NCBI GenBank assembly: GCA_964199315.1
Contig: OZ116708.1
Coordinates: 2,914,001 to 2,978,000 of the forward strand
Length of the DNA: 64,000 bases
Origin: Orbicella franksi
Lineage: Eukaryota
Direction of reading: 5' to 3'
The position numbers and the translations under genes are program-made. The notes under the pieces were generated by a model. The model searched no databases. It was not told the DNA's origin and saw nothing but the letters and a program-made list of their open reading frames with translations. This document shows positions 62,401 to 64,000 of this stretch, one piece after another (position 1 is the stretch's first letter; the number at the start of each line of letters is the position of its first letter).

Positions 62401-64000
62401 GTTTGATCTTCTGTTCTTATCTTTTTACAGATTGTTCCTATCGGGCAGAAAGTACAGGATCCACTTCTCCATCTGTGCGAGAAGTGTTCCCTGCCTATTC
62501 TGGTCTATGGTCGACTGGTTAGTACATGTGTTATTAACCCAGAAGGGCCAAGTTGATATGATGTAAACCAATTAGCATCACATGAAAGTACTGCTCAGTA
62601 GCTTTCATTTGAATGGTCACACACTAGGGTTTCATCCACAGACTTAAAAGTTAGAACCGCCTTGTACAGCATACATGTAATAAACAGTGCCACATGAAAG
62701 TACTACTCAATTGCTTTCATTTGAATGGTCACACACTAGGGTTTCATCCACAGACTTAAAAGTTAGAACCACCTTGTCTCAATTACTCATCAGATACTTG
62801 GCTAATTTTCCTGTTATATCGTTTTTTCCTGTGCAGAGTCCATGTAAACACTCCTTCTGCCTGACATGTGCTGAAAAGGGGAATGGAAAATGCCCAAGGT
62901 ACATTTGCATCAAAGAATAAAATGTCTGTAATGTTATAATGTATTACAAAGTCAAATATTTGTCTTCCACGGCAACAGTGTACACGTATTTGTTCAGCAC
63001 CGAGAAATTCAGTTTCATTGTCAAGTAAATAAACCAAAATGTGCATTCTTTTCTTTTCTTCCCTTTTCTTTTCTTTTTAGTTGGGAGGTATTACAAAACA
63101 CCAAAGTGCCTGGCCCCACGGGAAACAATGAGTTTTGTTTTCCTGAGACCATCAATGTTCACTTAGGCGGATATAGCCTACAGTGCAGGCGTCTTATTGG
63201 GGCGAGTTAGCGTTACAACCTTGAGACCGCCATGTTAGACGGTGGGGGATGGGGGAGGGGAAAAATGAGATTTTCTTCACCCCACTCCCTCCCCTATCCT
63301 TCCTCTTGCCTATCGTTCACCCCCTTGGTAGAACTTTCTTTCTCTCTCCAGTCTTCCACTGCATGAAAAATTCAAGATGGCGGCTAAACTTTTTACGATG
63401 TGAGCGCTCGCTCGAAAAAATCTCGCCTGCTCTGCAGGCTAAGGCGAATATTGTGGGTCTCGAGGAAACGAAACTACCTTTTTCCCTTGCGGTCAGTGAT
63501 TAAGTGCTTATTGACTCACAGACTAGAAAATGTTGCTCTAGCGTTTAAGACAACCTGTCAATCTCCAACTGATTCAATGAATCAAGGCATGACTCTCTTG
63601 ACGTCAAATTTCCCTTCAGGTGCGGAGATGGTGTTCAGCGGATCGAACGCGCACCGCTGGGCAGTGTGTACGTGTGTTCAGTTGGCGGAAGCCGCTATGG
63701 AATCTCGGGATGCCGTCGGAGTTATTTCTCCCAGCGAGACTTGCAGTCGCACATCAAGAGACGTCATCAGAGAGAGCAGGGGGGAGGGGAGAGTGATGGA
63801 GGAGAGGAGACTGATAACGAGATACAACGCGCCATGTTTCCTCAAGCAGTGCCCTTCTTTCCGGCCCCATTGCCGCACCGCGAGGTCCTTCCAGCCGTGC
63901 CCCCGCATCCTATTTTGCCGGGTGACAGGCCCTTTGGAAATGTCGCCGCTGTACCGGTTATGGATGGTCGCCATTTTCCAGGAGTACCCACGATACCTCG
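59464..64000 (+). CDS. CBLL1: E3 ubiquitin ligase Hakai, continues beyond window. Exons 59464-59473, 60335-60508, 61293-61387, 62431-62517, 62837-62898, 63620->64000
   Basis: Spliced translation gives [65 protein letters not shown]...[19 protein letters not shown], the Hakai RING plus C2H2 (HYB) region, followed by a Pro-rich tail. Confidence 0.9.
60003..60108 (-). mobile_element. tRNA-derived SINE head (degenerate)
   Basis: Minus strand GGAGGCAGAGTGGCCAAGTGG...GGTTCAAGTCC carries A and B boxes but has no paired acceptor stem; lies in Hakai intron 1. Confidence 0.6.
62579..62780. repeat. Local duplication of about 90-110 bp in a Hakai intron
   Basis: CACATGAAAGTACT...GAATGGTCACACACTAGGGTTTCATCCACAGACTTAAAAGTTAGAACC occurs twice. 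Confidence 0.85.
63174..63441. mobile_element. Non-autonomous TIR element with TAG..CTA ends and 9-bp TSD (Academ-like MITE)
   Basis: AGGCGGATA|TAGCCTACAGTGCAGGCG ... CGCCTGCTCTGCAGGCTA|AGGCGAATA; 18-bp TIR with 2 mismatches, TSD with 1 mismatch. Confidence 0.7.

Noticed and set aside
63080-63180. Extra Hakai exon after TTTTTAG at about 63080
   Set aside because: It would interrupt the RING CPRC motif, which is formed cleanly by joining 62898 to 63620.

Overview
Eukaryotic, intron-rich, repeat-rich DNA, most likely from a stony coral or related anthozoan (inferred from gene content and repeat style), with two N gaps (about 34819-35473 and 54100-54399). Splice-aware reading gives eight host gene models: the 3' part of a tandem-pentraxin gene, a small secreted ShKT-domain precursor, a secreted two-EF-hand protein, an uncharacterised signal-peptide/GPI-like protein, a WD40 protein, two tandem intronless gamma-glutamylcyclotransferase-like genes, and the 5' part of CBLL1/Hakai. 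The highlight is an apparently complete 9620-bp cut-and-paste DNA transposon (20374-29993) with perfect 18-bp TIRs and a perfect 9-bp TSD (TAGTCTGTT). It carries two convergent, spliced, uninterrupted genes: a zinc-finger/RecQ-type SF2 helicase (730 aa) and a 1177-aa transposase-like protein with an ankyrin-repeat module between its putative catalytic aspartates. This fits the helicase-encoding AcademH lineage; I know of no description of the ankyrin insertion. The rest is SINEs, LINE tails, several MITE families (some with 9-bp TSD-like flanks) and tandem repeats. All gene models were read by hand and no database searches were run.
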